A stretch of 29,055 nt of DNA from a bacterium (GTDB lineage: Bacteria > AUK180 > JAQVHJ01), in NCBI GenBank assembly GCA_028696285.1, contig JAQVHJ010000001.1, forward strand, positions 1-29,055. The letters are read 5' to 3'. Positions within the stretch are counted from its first letter, which is position 1. The number at the start of each line of letters is the position of its first letter. Of the stretch, positions 1 to 8,902 are shown piece by piece. The notes beneath the pieces are model-generated. The model did no database searches, was not told the origin of the DNA, and was given only the letters and a program-made list of their open reading frames with translations. Both the position numbers and the translations under genes were made by a program.

Positions 1-843
1 ATCCGCAAATTCAGAATTTAATGCTTTATTTTTGAATTGTAAAAATATCTTGTTCCTTTGCGTTTCAATACTTCCCCCGACCGATAAAAATTTAATCTTC
101 TTATTCCTCCTCATTGACCCGGTTAATATTTCATATAAAAAGTCAATATCTGTCCAGTAATTATATCCGCCAAGCCAAAGGATGACAAAATCGTCGTCTT
201 TAAAAAATCTTCTCTTATCAAGAGATTTACTGTAATTTTCAAAGCCATCGTTAAAAACCGGTTCGGGAATTACTGAAACAAATTCATATCCTGCATTAAT
301 TCCGTTTAACCGGCCAATTCCTCCCAGCTCACCAACCAATTCAAATTTCTGTGGTGTGGAAACTACGGAGAGCTTATCTGCCCGTTGTATAATCGTCTTT
401 TCAATCTCCCAAAATTCGTGAATAAAGGTTTCGTCTTTCTCTCTATATGATTTTAATTGTGCTTCCATCATCGCGGAGCCGTTTAAATCGGCCCAAAACG
501 GCACCTTTAATCCGCTTATAGCAGCATAATAAGAAGGAAAAGTATTTATCCCAATCATAACATCCGGAGAAAAATTATGAATAATGTCAAGAATTGGACG
601 ATATTTTCTGAAAACTTTTTTATTTATTGAATAATATTTGAAATCAAAATCATTACTTTTAAAAATATCCGGAAGATTCTTTTCTACATAATAACTCTCT
701 TCTCGAATTCCTAATAACATCAAGTTTCCTTTGTCTTTCAGATGTTCACAGATTATTCCGGTTCTTATTTCAGGACATGTTAACTTTGAAGGGTTTTCCT
801 GCGGAATTGGAGAGTTGCCAATTACCAAAATTTTTTTAGGCAT
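1..843 (-). CDS. Glycosyltransferase, GT4-like/GT-B; paralog of 836..2203; runs off the window edge
   Basis: Not in the ORF track. ATG at 843-841 overlaps the stop of the upstream gene and the frame is open to position 1: MPKKILVIGNSPIPQENP...PSYYAAISGLKVPFWADLNGSAMMEAQLK...LWLGGYNYWTDIDFLY, collinear with the neighbouring 455-aa protein. Confidence 0.8.
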   Translation of the reverse strand, partial: MPKKILVIGNSPIPQENPSKLTCPEIRTGIICEHLKDKGNLMLLGIREESYYVEKNLPDIFKSNDFDFKYYSINKKVFRKYRPILDIIHNFSPDVMIGINTFPSYYAAISGLKVPFWADLNGSAMMEAQLKSYREKDETFIHEFWEIEKTIIQRADKLSVVSTPQKFELVGELGGIGRLNGINAGYEFVSVIPEPVFNDGFENYSKSLDKRRFFKDDDFVILWLGGYNYWTDIDFLYEILTGSMRRNKKIKFLSVGGSIETQRNKIFLQFKNKALNSEFAD

Positions 844-2203
844 CTGTAAATGCTCTCATTTTTTCTTTAAACCTTTTCATAAATAAAGATGGATTTTTTG
901 CAGTTACTAAGAATTCTATAATATTATTTAAATAATCTTTTCTTTTGAAATATCTTTTTAATAAATTATCAGGGCTCTTTTGGGGATCCTTTAACCATAA
1001 TAAAAATTCTGAAAGAATCTTTTCATAATTCCAATTCTCTTTTGCAAAATTTTGGCTTCGAAAACCTTTCTCCTTCAAATCCGTTTTAGACATTTTTGCA
1101 AGCTTTAATAATTTATCCGTAAATCCATTAACATCCCCTATTTTAAATGTAAATCCCAAATCCTTGTCCTTTATTATCTTTGTTATCTCCGGACCTTCTG
1201 TGGTTAAAACAGGAAGTCCTGCATTCATCATATCATTAATCCTGTTCCTTCCCCCGGTGAATGTTTCATAACTGTAACCGTCTATATTAATTCCTATATC
1301 ACTTTCAAAGTAATAATCGGGAACTTCTGACGTTTTTACCCAACCCGCGAAATGAAACCTGTTCTTTATATCAGAATCGTTTATTAGTTTTAAAAAATTG
1401 TTAAATGTCTTATTATTATGCGCTTGGATCCCCCCGCCTAATGAAACAAAATAAATCTTGCTGTTCCTTTTCATTGCTGCTGTTATTCCATTAAACAACA
1501 ATTTAACATCTGTCCAGTAATTATAACCACCTGTCCATAAAACAACAAAAGCGTCTTCGGGAATTATTTTCCCCCTGAAAACATTTTTCTTGTGTTCGTA
1601 ATTCATCGGCATAACAGGATTTTGAATAACATGAACAAAATCATAAAATGAATTTACAGCATTAATCCTCTTAATTGATGCAAGCTCGCCGATTAATTCA
1701 TATTTCTGATATTCTGAAACTACAGAAAATTTATCCGCTGTTTTTATTATTGCTCGTTCAATTCCGAAAAAATGCCAAGTGTAATATTCATCTTTTTCCG
1801 CCGAAGCTTTTAACTGAAACTCACAGAGCAAGGAACCGTTTAAATCTGCCCAAAAAGGAATCCGGAGATTTAACATTGCTGCATAATATGAAGGAAGAGA
1901 ATTAACACCGACAATTATATCCGGAGAAAAATTCTTCGCAAGTTCTTCTATCTTTTTTATCTCTCCAAAATGCTTGTCATTGAATGAGAAATAATCAAAT
2001 CCTTGCGATTTATCATTAATTATAACCGGGAGCTCCTTCTCTTTATCATAACTTCCCGGAATTCTCATTCCTAAAAGCATTACATCGTTATCTCTTTTTA
2101 ATACCTGGCAGAAAGCATCTGTTCTGATAGAACCGGCGTATAATCTTGCCGGATCCTCATGAGGTAACGGTGCAAAACCTATTATTACTATTTTCTTTCT
2201 CAA
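836..2203 (-). CDS. Glycosyltransferase family 4-like (GT-B fold)
   Basis: 455 aa. C-terminal GT-B features: FHFAGWV..SEVPDYYFESDIGI and RINDMMNAGLPVLTT. Lies in a glycan operon. Confidence 0.8.
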   Translation of the reverse strand: MRKKIVIIGFAPLPHEDPARLYAGSIRTDAFCQVLKRDNDVMLLGMRIPGSYDKEKELPVIINDKSQGFDYFSFNDKHFGEIKKIEELAKNFSPDIIVGVNSLPSYYAAMLNLRIPFWADLNGSLLCEFQLKASAEKDEYYTWHFFGIERAIIKTADKFSVVSEYQKYELIGELASIKRINAVNSFYDFVHVIQNPVMPMNYEHKKNVFRGKIIPEDAFVVLWTGGYNYWTDVKLLFNGITAAMKRNSKIYFVSLGGGIQAHNNKTFNNFLKLINDSDIKNRFHFAGWVKTSEVPDYYFESDIGINIDGYSYETFTGGRNRINDMMNAGLPVLTTEGPEITKIIKDKDLGFTFKIGDVNGFTDKLLKLAKMSKTDLKEKGFRSQNFAKENWNYEKILSEFLLWLKDPQKSPDNLLKRYFKRKDYLNNIIEFLVTAKNPSLFMKRFKEKMRAFTDA

Positions 2204-2204
2204 C

Positions 2205-3077
2205 TTATCTCCATTTTATCAACTTCTTAATAAGTAATATGGGAACTATCAAATATGCTAAAAACAACGGGGCATAATGCGCCGGAGATGCTTTGTGAAT
2301 AAGCCACTTTAATTCAAAGTTAAACGATTTAAAAAATAGTTCTTTAAATGAGAAATCCTTAAATAAAAATTTTAACCGGTTCCTGTGATATGTATTCAGA
2401 TATCGGAAACTGTTAAACTTCATTGTTGTCGCTTCGAAATGAGAAATAACACAGTCCGGGGCATAAATAACTTTAAACCCTTTTTTTCTTGTTCTCAAAC
2501 ATAGGTCCGTCTCTTCATAATATCCCGGGAAAAAGATTGTATCAAACAAACCAAGTTCTTCCATTAAATCCCGTCTTATTCCAAAAGCTGCGCCTGTTAC
2601 ATAATCAACATCCTTAATTTCATTATATTGTCCAGTATCCTCCTCTAAATATCCTATATGGTTTGTCAAGCCGTTTGGGTGAATTATCCCGCCTGCATGC
2701 TGAAGTTTCTTTGTTCCGGGAAAATAAATCTTACATCCCACAATTCCTGACTTTTCATCTGATTCAAACTGATTTAAAATATTCTTTATTAGATCTTTGT
2801 CAATTACTATATCCTGATTTAAAAATAATAAATATTTACCGGTAGATTTCATTATACCAAAATTCATTCCCCCGGAAAAACCACGATTCTTTTTTAATGT
2901 AAAAAGCGGAAATTTCGGGAAGTCCTGCTTTACAAGTTCAGTTGTTCTATCCCTGCTCGCGTTATCAACAAGAATTACTTCAGAATCATTAGTTAACGCT
3001 TCTTTTAAAGAGTTTAGACAATTCTTATAAAATCTTTCGCCGTTATAGAACAGGACTATTGCAGAGATATTTTTCAT
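2205..3077 (-). CDS. Glycosyltransferase family 2 (WbbL/rhamnosyltransferase-like)
   Basis: ISAIVLFYNG, LVDNASRD, NRGFSGGMN, FLNQDI, VTGAAF and YYEETDLCLR motifs. Start could be 3077, 3092 or 3101. Confidence 0.9.
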   Translation of the reverse strand: MKNISAIVLFYNGERFYKNCLNSLKEALTNDSEVILVDNASRDRTTELVKQDFPKFPLFTLKKNRGFSGGMNFGIMKSTGKYLLFLNQDIVIDKDLIKNILNQFESDEKSGIVGCKIYFPGTKKLQHAGGIIHPNGLTNHIGYLEEDTGQYNEIKDVDYVTGAAFGIRRDLMEELGLFDTIFFPGYYEETDLCLRTRKKGFKVIYAPDCVISHFEATTMKFNSFRYLNTYHRNRLKFLFKDFSFKELFFKSFNFELKWLIHKASPAHYAPLFLAYLIVPILLIKKLIKWR

Positions 3078-3999
3078 ACTTTGAAATTCCATATTTTTCA
3101 ATAATTTCAGAGAGACTCAATTTTTCAGATTTTATCCTGTTAATATTATTTATGTTTTTAATCGCTGAATCAAATGCTTGCAATGTATTTATATCTTTTA
3201 AAAGAACGGCCTTCCTTACAAGAAAATTAAGAAAAAAATAATGTTTTCTAATCAGGTCTTTTGAGTCAATTTGCTTCCATGTAAATAATAAACGATTTTT
3301 TAAATTTGTAATAAATCGTGGATCATGGTCATAATACTTATGAACAGTTCTTGATTTTTCATGAATTACACTTACCGATGAATCATAAATAATCTTCCAC
3401 CCTTTTTTAAGAGCTCTTGTTGATAAATCAACATCTTCCCAGAAATACGGGTTTAATACCGTGTCAAATCCTCCAAGGTCCAGTAATTTTTCTCTTGAAT
3501 ACAAAGCGCAGGCAGCGACTCCGTGGGGTATTTCTATCGGTTGGTCAAATTCGTAATGTTCTCCATTCATATTCGGCATTAATATTTTCAGATCTCCGTC
3601 TGAAAAATCAATTACAGTAAAACCCTCTTCCGGATTATTCTCTCCGGGAATTCTTATCCTTGGTACTACACAAAATGTCTCTTCATTGAAATTAATTAAT
3701 AGTTTCTTTAAAAACGGCTCTTTAATTGAAACGTCATTGTTCAACAAGAGAATATAATCTCCCCGGGCTATTTGTAATCCCGAATTACATGCTGAGGAAA
3801 AGCCTTTGTTCTCTTCTGATGAAAATATTTTTATGTAAGGTTTATGATTATCTTTTAAAAATTCTATGGTATCATCTGTCGATCCATCGTCTGATACAAT
3901 AATCTCGTGGCTGAAATCTGATAATTCATTTATTAAATTTGGAAGATTATTCTTCAACAAATCCTTTCCGTTAAAAGTTGGAATAATTACAGAAATCAC
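3043..3999 (-). CDS. Glycosyltransferase family 2
   Basis: ISVIIPTFNG, VSDDGSTD, NKGFSSACN, LLNNDV and FWEDVDLS motifs. Paralog of 4300..5256; both are 318 aa. Confidence 0.92.
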   Translation of the reverse strand: MISVIIPTFNGKDLLKNNLPNLINELSDFSHEIIVSDDGSTDDTIEFLKDNHKPYIKIFSSEENKGFSSACNSGLQIARGDYILLLNNDVSIKEPFLKKLLINFNEETFCVVPRIRIPGENNPEEGFTVIDFSDGDLKILMPNMNGEHYEFDQPIEIPHGVAACALYSREKLLDLGGFDTVLNPYFWEDVDLSTRALKKGWKIIYDSSVSVIHEKSRTVHKYYDHDPRFITNLKNRLLFTWKQIDSKDLIRKHYFFLNFLVRKAVLLKDINTLQAFDSAIKNINNINRIKSEKLSLSEIIEKYGISKYEKYLCNSPVL

Positions 4000-4337
4000 G
4001 TTTTCTTCTCTTTAAATATATTTTTAAAAAATGAATATATTTTATACACCTTTGACTTTGATATCTTTTCTAATCTATCCCGATACTCTTCCATTAACAT
4101 TTTTAGTTTACCGTTTTCTTCTTCAAGAGATAAATTCCTTTTTTTTATCGCTGTTATTTCTTCTTCCATTTCAGAAAATAAATTAAAAACAACATCCTTA
4201 ATTTCTGCTGACTCTTGTTTATCCAAATTCATCTTGTCAGAAAATTTATCAAGGGATTGTTCTGCGCTTTCTGAAAGTTTACAGAAGTTATTCGAGGATT
4301 TATTCTTTTTTATATTTTTTATATCTTTCATATCCAT
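3996..4337 (-). CDS. Small coiled-coil protein with basic amphipathic C-terminal helix
   Basis: 113 aa, overlaps both neighbours, heptad-rich second half. Ends EYRDRLEKISKSKVYKIYSFF, shared with 5256..5621. Alternative start 4331. Confidence 0.75.
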   Translation of the reverse strand: MDMKDIKNIKKNKSSNNFCKLSESAEQSLDKFSDKMNLDKQESAEIKDVVFNLFSEMEEEITAIKKRNLSLEEENGKLKMLMEEYRDRLEKISKSKVYKIYSFFKNIFKEKKT

Positions 4338-5256
4338 ATCTTTCTTCCAAGTCTTTTAAAGGAATATTTAAATTTATTTCCGATTCTTTTCTTACTTCAT
4401 CATAAATATCTAAAACAATATTTAAAGAAATCAATAGCTCTTTATCATTTTCTTCCAACGCAATTTCGAAAATATTTTTGAGATATAAATAATTTAAAAA
4501 ACGTTCTTCACTTGTTCTTAAAAAATACCAGTTTAAAATTATTTTATTTTTTAAAGAAATAATAAAAGAATCATTTTTATTATAAAAATTATTTATCGTT
4601 TTAGATTTATCATGAAATACCTTTAAAAAAGGATTGTACTTAATTTCCCACCCATTCTGAAGAGCCCTTAAGGATAAATCAACATCTTCCCAAAAAAAAG
4701 GAGAATACCTTTCATTAAATCCATTTAATTGCTTTAATTTCTCCCCGGAATATAACGCGCAGGCCGCGCAGGCATGAGGAATTGTTATTGTTTCATTAAT
4801 ATTATATTCGAAAGATTCAATGTTAGGATTGTCAATACTAAAAAAACCGGGGGTTAAGGAAAAAACACTAAACCCTTCCTCTATGTTTTCTTTCTCATCC
4901 AAAACAATAGATGGAACACAGGCAAAAGTGTTCTTTTCAAATTCATCAATTAGTTTTAAGATAAAATGATCTTTTATTTCAATATCTGAATTTATTAATA
5001 ATATATACTTCCCTTTAGAAATCTTAATCCCTGCATTGACTGTTTTTGAAAATCCTTGATTTGTTTCATTTTTTAATAAAATAATCTTATCCCTAAAATT
5101 CTTTTTAACATATTCAAAACTTCCGTCAGAAGAATAATCATCGATTATTATCAATTCTGACTGTTTTATTTCCGACAATTCCTTTAATAAAGGGTCTAGG
5201 TTTTTTTCAAGTAAATTCCTGCCGTTATATATCGGCATTATTACTGACAGGTCCAT
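4300..5256 (-). CDS. Glycosyltransferase family 2
   Basis: LSVIMPIYNG, IIDDYSSD, NQGFSKTVN, LINSDI and FWEDVDLS motifs. Confidence 0.92.
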   Translation of the reverse strand: MDLSVIMPIYNGRNLLEKNLDPLLKELSEIKQSELIIIDDYSSDGSFEYVKKNFRDKIILLKNETNQGFSKTVNAGIKISKGKYILLINSDIEIKDHFILKLIDEFEKNTFACVPSIVLDEKENIEEGFSVFSLTPGFFSIDNPNIESFEYNINETITIPHACAACALYSGEKLKQLNGFNERYSPFFWEDVDLSLRALQNGWEIKYNPFLKVFHDKSKTINNFYNKNDSFIISLKNKIILNWYFLRTSEERFLNYLYLKNIFEIALEENDKELLISLNIVLDIYDEVRKESEINLNIPLKDLEERYGYERYKKYKKE

Positions 5257-5621
5257 TATTCTCCGTCTTTTTTATGAAATAATGAATATACTTTATAAAA
5301 GAATGTTTTTGAAATCCTTTTCAATCTTAATCTGTATTCTTGAAGTTCTTTGTTTTCGTTTTTTAAATATAACAGCGATTCATTTAATTCCCTTATTTTT
5401 TTTTCAAGATTCTTTTCATTTTCATTTTTATCTTTTATCTGCTTATTTAATTTTGCTGAATTACATTGATAAAATTGTACGGCTTCTAAAAAAGACGGGG
5501 AAACATTATTTAAACGAAGCAGCTCTTTTTCTATTTTTAATAATTTCTTTCCTGTCATCTCTTTTAAATCCCTAAATTCAATCTTTCGCAGATTTTCAAT
5601 TTCCTGTTTTACTTTGCTCAT
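5256..5621 (-). CDS. Small coiled-coil protein with basic amphipathic C-terminal helix
   Basis: 121 aa, coupled to the wzt stop and the GT2 start. Ends EYRLRLKRISKTFFYKVYSLF. Confidence 0.75.
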   Translation of the reverse strand: MSKVKQEIENLRKIEFRDLKEMTGKKLLKIEKELLRLNNVSPSFLEAVQFYQCNSAKLNKQIKDKNENEKNLEKKIRELNESLLYLKNENKELQEYRLRLKRISKTFFYKVYSLFHKKDGE

Positions 5622-7243
5622 ATCAACTTCTCTCTTTTTAACAACTCTTCCATCTTTTGTCGGATTGATGGAAATGTCGACATTGCATCTCTTTCTTCAG
5701 GGAATTTCAATTTATCTGTCTCAATTTCAGAAATAGTAATAAAGATTTTTTCAATTACATCTTTTATTTTTAAATTATTTGGAGAAAAAAATGAATTATT
5801 TATTACATTATTTTTTGAAAAGAAAATTCCCTTCCAATACATTCCATTTTTCTCTTCTCCTTCTGAAAAACCGGTAACATTAATTATGGAATTTAATATC
5901 CTGTATAAATTTGAATAATTGGTAATCTGATAATTTATATTTGTAAGCATAGTATAAAAAGCCCATTCACTAAGTGAACAAAAATAAAATTCTTTATAAA
6001 AAACATTCTTCGTTTTAAAAATATTTTTTAAAATATCTGATGTTCTTTCGGAAAATTCTTTAATTCGCGATTTAATAACAATATCTTTTATTGAATATTC
6101 ATTGTCGCAAAAATTTAAAACGGCCTCTTCTATCTTTCTCCTTTCAATTTCTTCGTTTAAACAGAAAAAAAATCCATAATTGCTTGTTATGTTTATAATC
6201 TCCTCAATAAAATATTGCGGATTATTAATATTATTAAAAATTGGCAGTTCGGGAATGAAAACAAAATCAAAACTGCCTGATTTAAAGGGTATTTTTGTAA
6301 AATTTCCACAAATATGATTTATTATATTCAACTTCTTTTCTGAAAATAAAACATATTCAAAATGTTTTAAAAAAATTTTTGGATCAATATCATTCGTTTT
6401 AAATTCAAAAAATACAGAGTCTTTATTCATTATCTTTTCAAAAATCTTAACTGCTGTTGTATACTTTAAGTAATTTTCAAAATGAAATTCTTCTTTTTTG
6501 GTTGGTATAATTGTATCTTTTATTGCATTGTTATTAATCGTTTCTAAGATCTCTTCTTTCTTATTATATTCAGAAAGCATTCCTCTTTCCATGTAATATA
6601 TTCTATTACAAATTAATTCAAGCATTTTACGGTTATGGGAAACAATAATTATTGTTTTTCCAGCATTTTGAAATTCACGAATTTTACCTATGCATTTTGC
6701 TTGAAAATTAAGATCTCCAACCGCAAGAATTTCGTCAATTAACAAAATATCAAAATCAGAATGGATTGCTATTGAAAAGCCTAATCTTAAATACATTCCT
6801 GTTGAAAATGTTTTAACCTTTGCGTCAATAAAGCTGCCAATATCTGCAAAATCTATTATTTCAGAAATTTTATTTTCTAACTTTTCTTTTGTAAATCCTA
6901 ATAAGAGAGCATTTAACTTTATATTTTCAATTCCTGTCAGTTCCGGATGGAAGCCGGCTCCCAACTCAAGAATAGAAGAAACCCTACCATGTACATTAAC
7001 AGTCCCGGAATCTTTAAACATTGTCCCGGATAATATTTTTAACAAGGTTGATTTTCCGGAACCATTTGGTCCGGTTATACCAATAGTTTCTCCGGAATAG
7101 GCATCAAAAGAAATGTTTTTTATTGCATCAAAATATGTATAGGAATTCTTTTTGAAAAATGTATTAATAAGGCTTTCTTTTTCATGATAAACATAAAAAG
7201 ATTTGTTCAATTCTTTTACTGAAACAGAAATAGTATTTATCAT
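5618..7243 (-). CDS. wzt: Polysaccharide ABC exporter ATP-binding subunit with long C-terminal extension
   Basis: Walker A GPNGSGKST, LELGAGFHPELTGIENI, signature FSTGM, Walker B LLIDEILAVGD, H-loop VSHN. About 300 extra C-terminal residues. Confidence 0.93.
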   Translation of the reverse strand: MINTISVSVKELNKSFYVYHEKESLINTFFKKNSYTYFDAIKNISFDAYSGETIGITGPNGSGKSTLLKILSGTMFKDSGTVNVHGRVSSILELGAGFHPELTGIENIKLNALLLGFTKEKLENKISEIIDFADIGSFIDAKVKTFSTGMYLRLGFSIAIHSDFDILLIDEILAVGDLNFQAKCIGKIREFQNAGKTIIIVSHNRKMLELICNRIYYMERGMLSEYNKKEEILETINNNAIKDTIIPTKKEEFHFENYLKYTTAVKIFEKIMNKDSVFFEFKTNDIDPKIFLKHFEYVLFSEKKLNIINHICGNFTKIPFKSGSFDFVFIPELPIFNNINNPQYFIEEIINITSNYGFFFCLNEEIERRKIEEAVLNFCDNEYSIKDIVIKSRIKEFSERTSDILKNIFKTKNVFYKEFYFCSLSEWAFYTMLTNINYQITNYSNLYRILNSIINVTGFSEGEEKNGMYWKGIFFSKNNVINNSFFSPNNLKIKDVIEKIFITISEIETDKLKFPEERDAMSTFPSIRQKMEELLKREKLI

Positions 7244-8049
7244 ACTAAATCCATTATTTTTTTCTTCATTGCAGAATTAACAGCAATTCCTAAAACAAAA
7301 ATAAATAAAGCAAAGCAGAATGAATATATCTCTGCATACGAAGGAATCAACCTGCCGATAAAGATATTATCCTGAATATATGTAATAAATCCAAAAAGGG
7401 GATTTAATTTAAGAAGATAGAACAGCCATTTATGTTGTGCATATATAACCCCGTAAATGGTTTTGACAGGATAAATTATAGGTGTTAAATAAAAAAGCGC
7501 AAGCAAGGAAATCTCCACGATATATTTTATATCTCTGAATCTGACGTTTAAACTTGATAATAAAAATGAAAATCCGGTTGTCAAAGCAAAAAATAAAATG
7601 TACACAGGAACAATCAATATCATCTGCCATATCAAGGGTACTCTGAAGATAAGTAAAAATGCAATTAAAACCAGCGTGTCTATCATGAGCAGTATGAAGT
7701 TTGATATGGAAATAGAGAATGGAAGGATCAATATGGGAATATTAACCTTCTTTATTACATTTGACTGGTCAATATAAATATTTGTTGACATGGTTAATGT
7801 TGATGAAAAATACATCCAGGGAAAGAGCCCTGCAAGCAAGAACACGGTATATGGCATGTTTTCAATGGTAAATCTTGCAAAGAAAAACGAAAAAATGATA
7901 TTAAAAACGATTGCCATTACCCCCGGAACAATGATTGACCATAAAAAACCAAGAAATGTGCTTTTGTACTTAATCTTCAATTCCTTAATGGCAAGGGTGT
8001 ATAAAAGAGTCCTGTAATCCGTAATTATTCTGAAAAAATCCTTGAACAT
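7240..8049 (-). CDS. wzm: Polysaccharide ABC exporter permease
   Basis: KELKIKYKSTFLGFLWSII, multiple hydrophobic segments, LFYLTPIIYP and LNPL motifs. 4-nt overlap with wzt. Confidence 0.93.
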   Translation of the reverse strand: MFKDFFRIITDYRTLLYTLAIKELKIKYKSTFLGFLWSIIVPGVMAIVFNIIFSFFFARFTIENMPYTVFLLAGLFPWMYFSSTLTMSTNIYIDQSNVIKKVNIPILILPFSISISNFILLMIDTLVLIAFLLIFRVPLIWQMILIVPVYILFFALTTGFSFLLSSLNVRFRDIKYIVEISLLALFYLTPIIYPVKTIYGVIYAQHKWLFYLLKLNPLFGFITYIQDNIFIGRLIPSYAEIYSFCFALFIFVLGIAVNSAMKKKIMDLV

Positions 8050-8069
8050 AATCGCCCCGGTTTATCTTT

Positions 8070-8099
8070 ATTATATCATAGTTAATAAAAATAAGTCAA
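8070..8099 (-). promoter_or_regulatory. Sigma70-type promoter for the wzm operon
   Basis: Minus strand TTGACT-18 nt-TATAAT with extended -10 TG, about 20 nt upstream of the wzm ATG. Confidence 0.75.
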
Positions 8100-8112
8100 G
8101 GGGAAATATGGG

Positions 8113-8154
8113 ACGGTAAACGGTGAACGGTAAACGGTAAACGGTGAACGGTGA
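8113..8154. repeat. Heptamer tandem repeat (ACGGTRA)x6
   Basis: ACGGTAA ACGGTGA ACGGTAA ACGGTAA ACGGTGA ACGGTGA read directly. Confidence 0.95.
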
Positions 8155-8166
8155 TTCGAAATATAA

Positions 8167-8187
8167 GTAACCTGTAATCTGTAATTT
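8167..8187. repeat. Heptamer tandem repeat (GTAAYYT)x3
   Basis: GTAACCT GTAATCT GTAATTT. Confidence 0.7.
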
Positions 8188-8190
8188 GTT

Positions 8191-8563
8191 GAGATTGCTT
8201 CAGTCGCTGCGCTCCATCGCAATGACTAATAGCGTTATCTGGTTTGCAGACGAATGAGAGTCATTGCGAGAGAGGTCATTTAAATGACCGATCGTGGCAA
8301 TCTGTGATTGCTTCACTTCGTTCGCAATGACTAATATTGTTATTTGACTCGCGGACAATATAATGTCATCGCGAGGAGTGAAACGACGTGGCGATCTGAG
8401 ATTGCTTGCGGTCGATTGCTGACTCAATCTCCATCGCAATGACTAATCACATTATTTGATTTGCAGATGTTTGTATGTCATTGCGTTATCGAGACAAAGT
8501 CGAGATCTAGCAAGCGTAGCGATGCGTCAGCGAGGTCATTACAATGACCGACTGTGGCAATCC
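8191..8563. repeat. Three tandem REP doublets (BIME-like mosaic)
   Basis: Each unit is GATTGCTT...CGCAATGAC, a 33-nt linker, then GTCATYGCG...GTGGCRATC. Units at about 8191-8302, 8303-8397 and 8398-8563. Confidence 0.9.
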
Positions 8564-8619
8564 ATTTTTGTATTACAAACATTTGATACATTTTCTCGCG
8601 TACTTCTGATTTAACTTAT

Positions 8620-8665
8620 TCATCTTCGTTCCATTTTCCACCCTCCACCTTCCACTTACCACTAA
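8620..8665. repeat. 46-nt heptamer-periodic CCAC-rich repeat, copy 1
   Basis: 40/46 identical to 8903-8948. Confidence 0.9.
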
Positions 8666-8803
8666 CAAAGCAGTCCCGATGTAGGTTCCACGAAATCGGG
8701 ATGAACCGTGAATCGAAATGTATTGTGAAATAAGCATTACATTAATAATGTTTTGTGTTATTAAATTATTCTGAACTTCGCACGATCATTTTATTTATTC
8801 ACA

Positions 8804-8849
8804 CCCACCATTGAAATGGTGGGCTAAAAGCGTTCTATCCCTCCGGGAT
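8804..8849. repeat. REP-like hairpin pair
   Basis: Perfect stem CCCACCATT-GA-AATGGTGGG (8804-8823) followed by ATCCC-TCC-GGGAT (8837-8849). Confidence 0.7.
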
Positions 8850-8902
8850 GAAGAAAAAGAATTGTGAACCGTGATTCGCTGCAAGATTAAGATTTATGTT
8901 TC

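Noticed and set aside
100-150. Suspected frameshift in the edge GT4 gene
   Set aside because: Re-reading the bases shows a continuous frame (DFLYEILTGSMRRNKKIK).
8200-8439. 79-aa ORF on the minus strand
   Set aside because: It is only a translation of the REP doublets, with no RBS or protein-like features.
8191-8563. CRISPR array (repeats alternating with constant 33-nt segments)
   Set aside because: The 33-nt segments are homologous to each other, the flanking repeats are inverted and variable in length, and no cas genes or leader are present.
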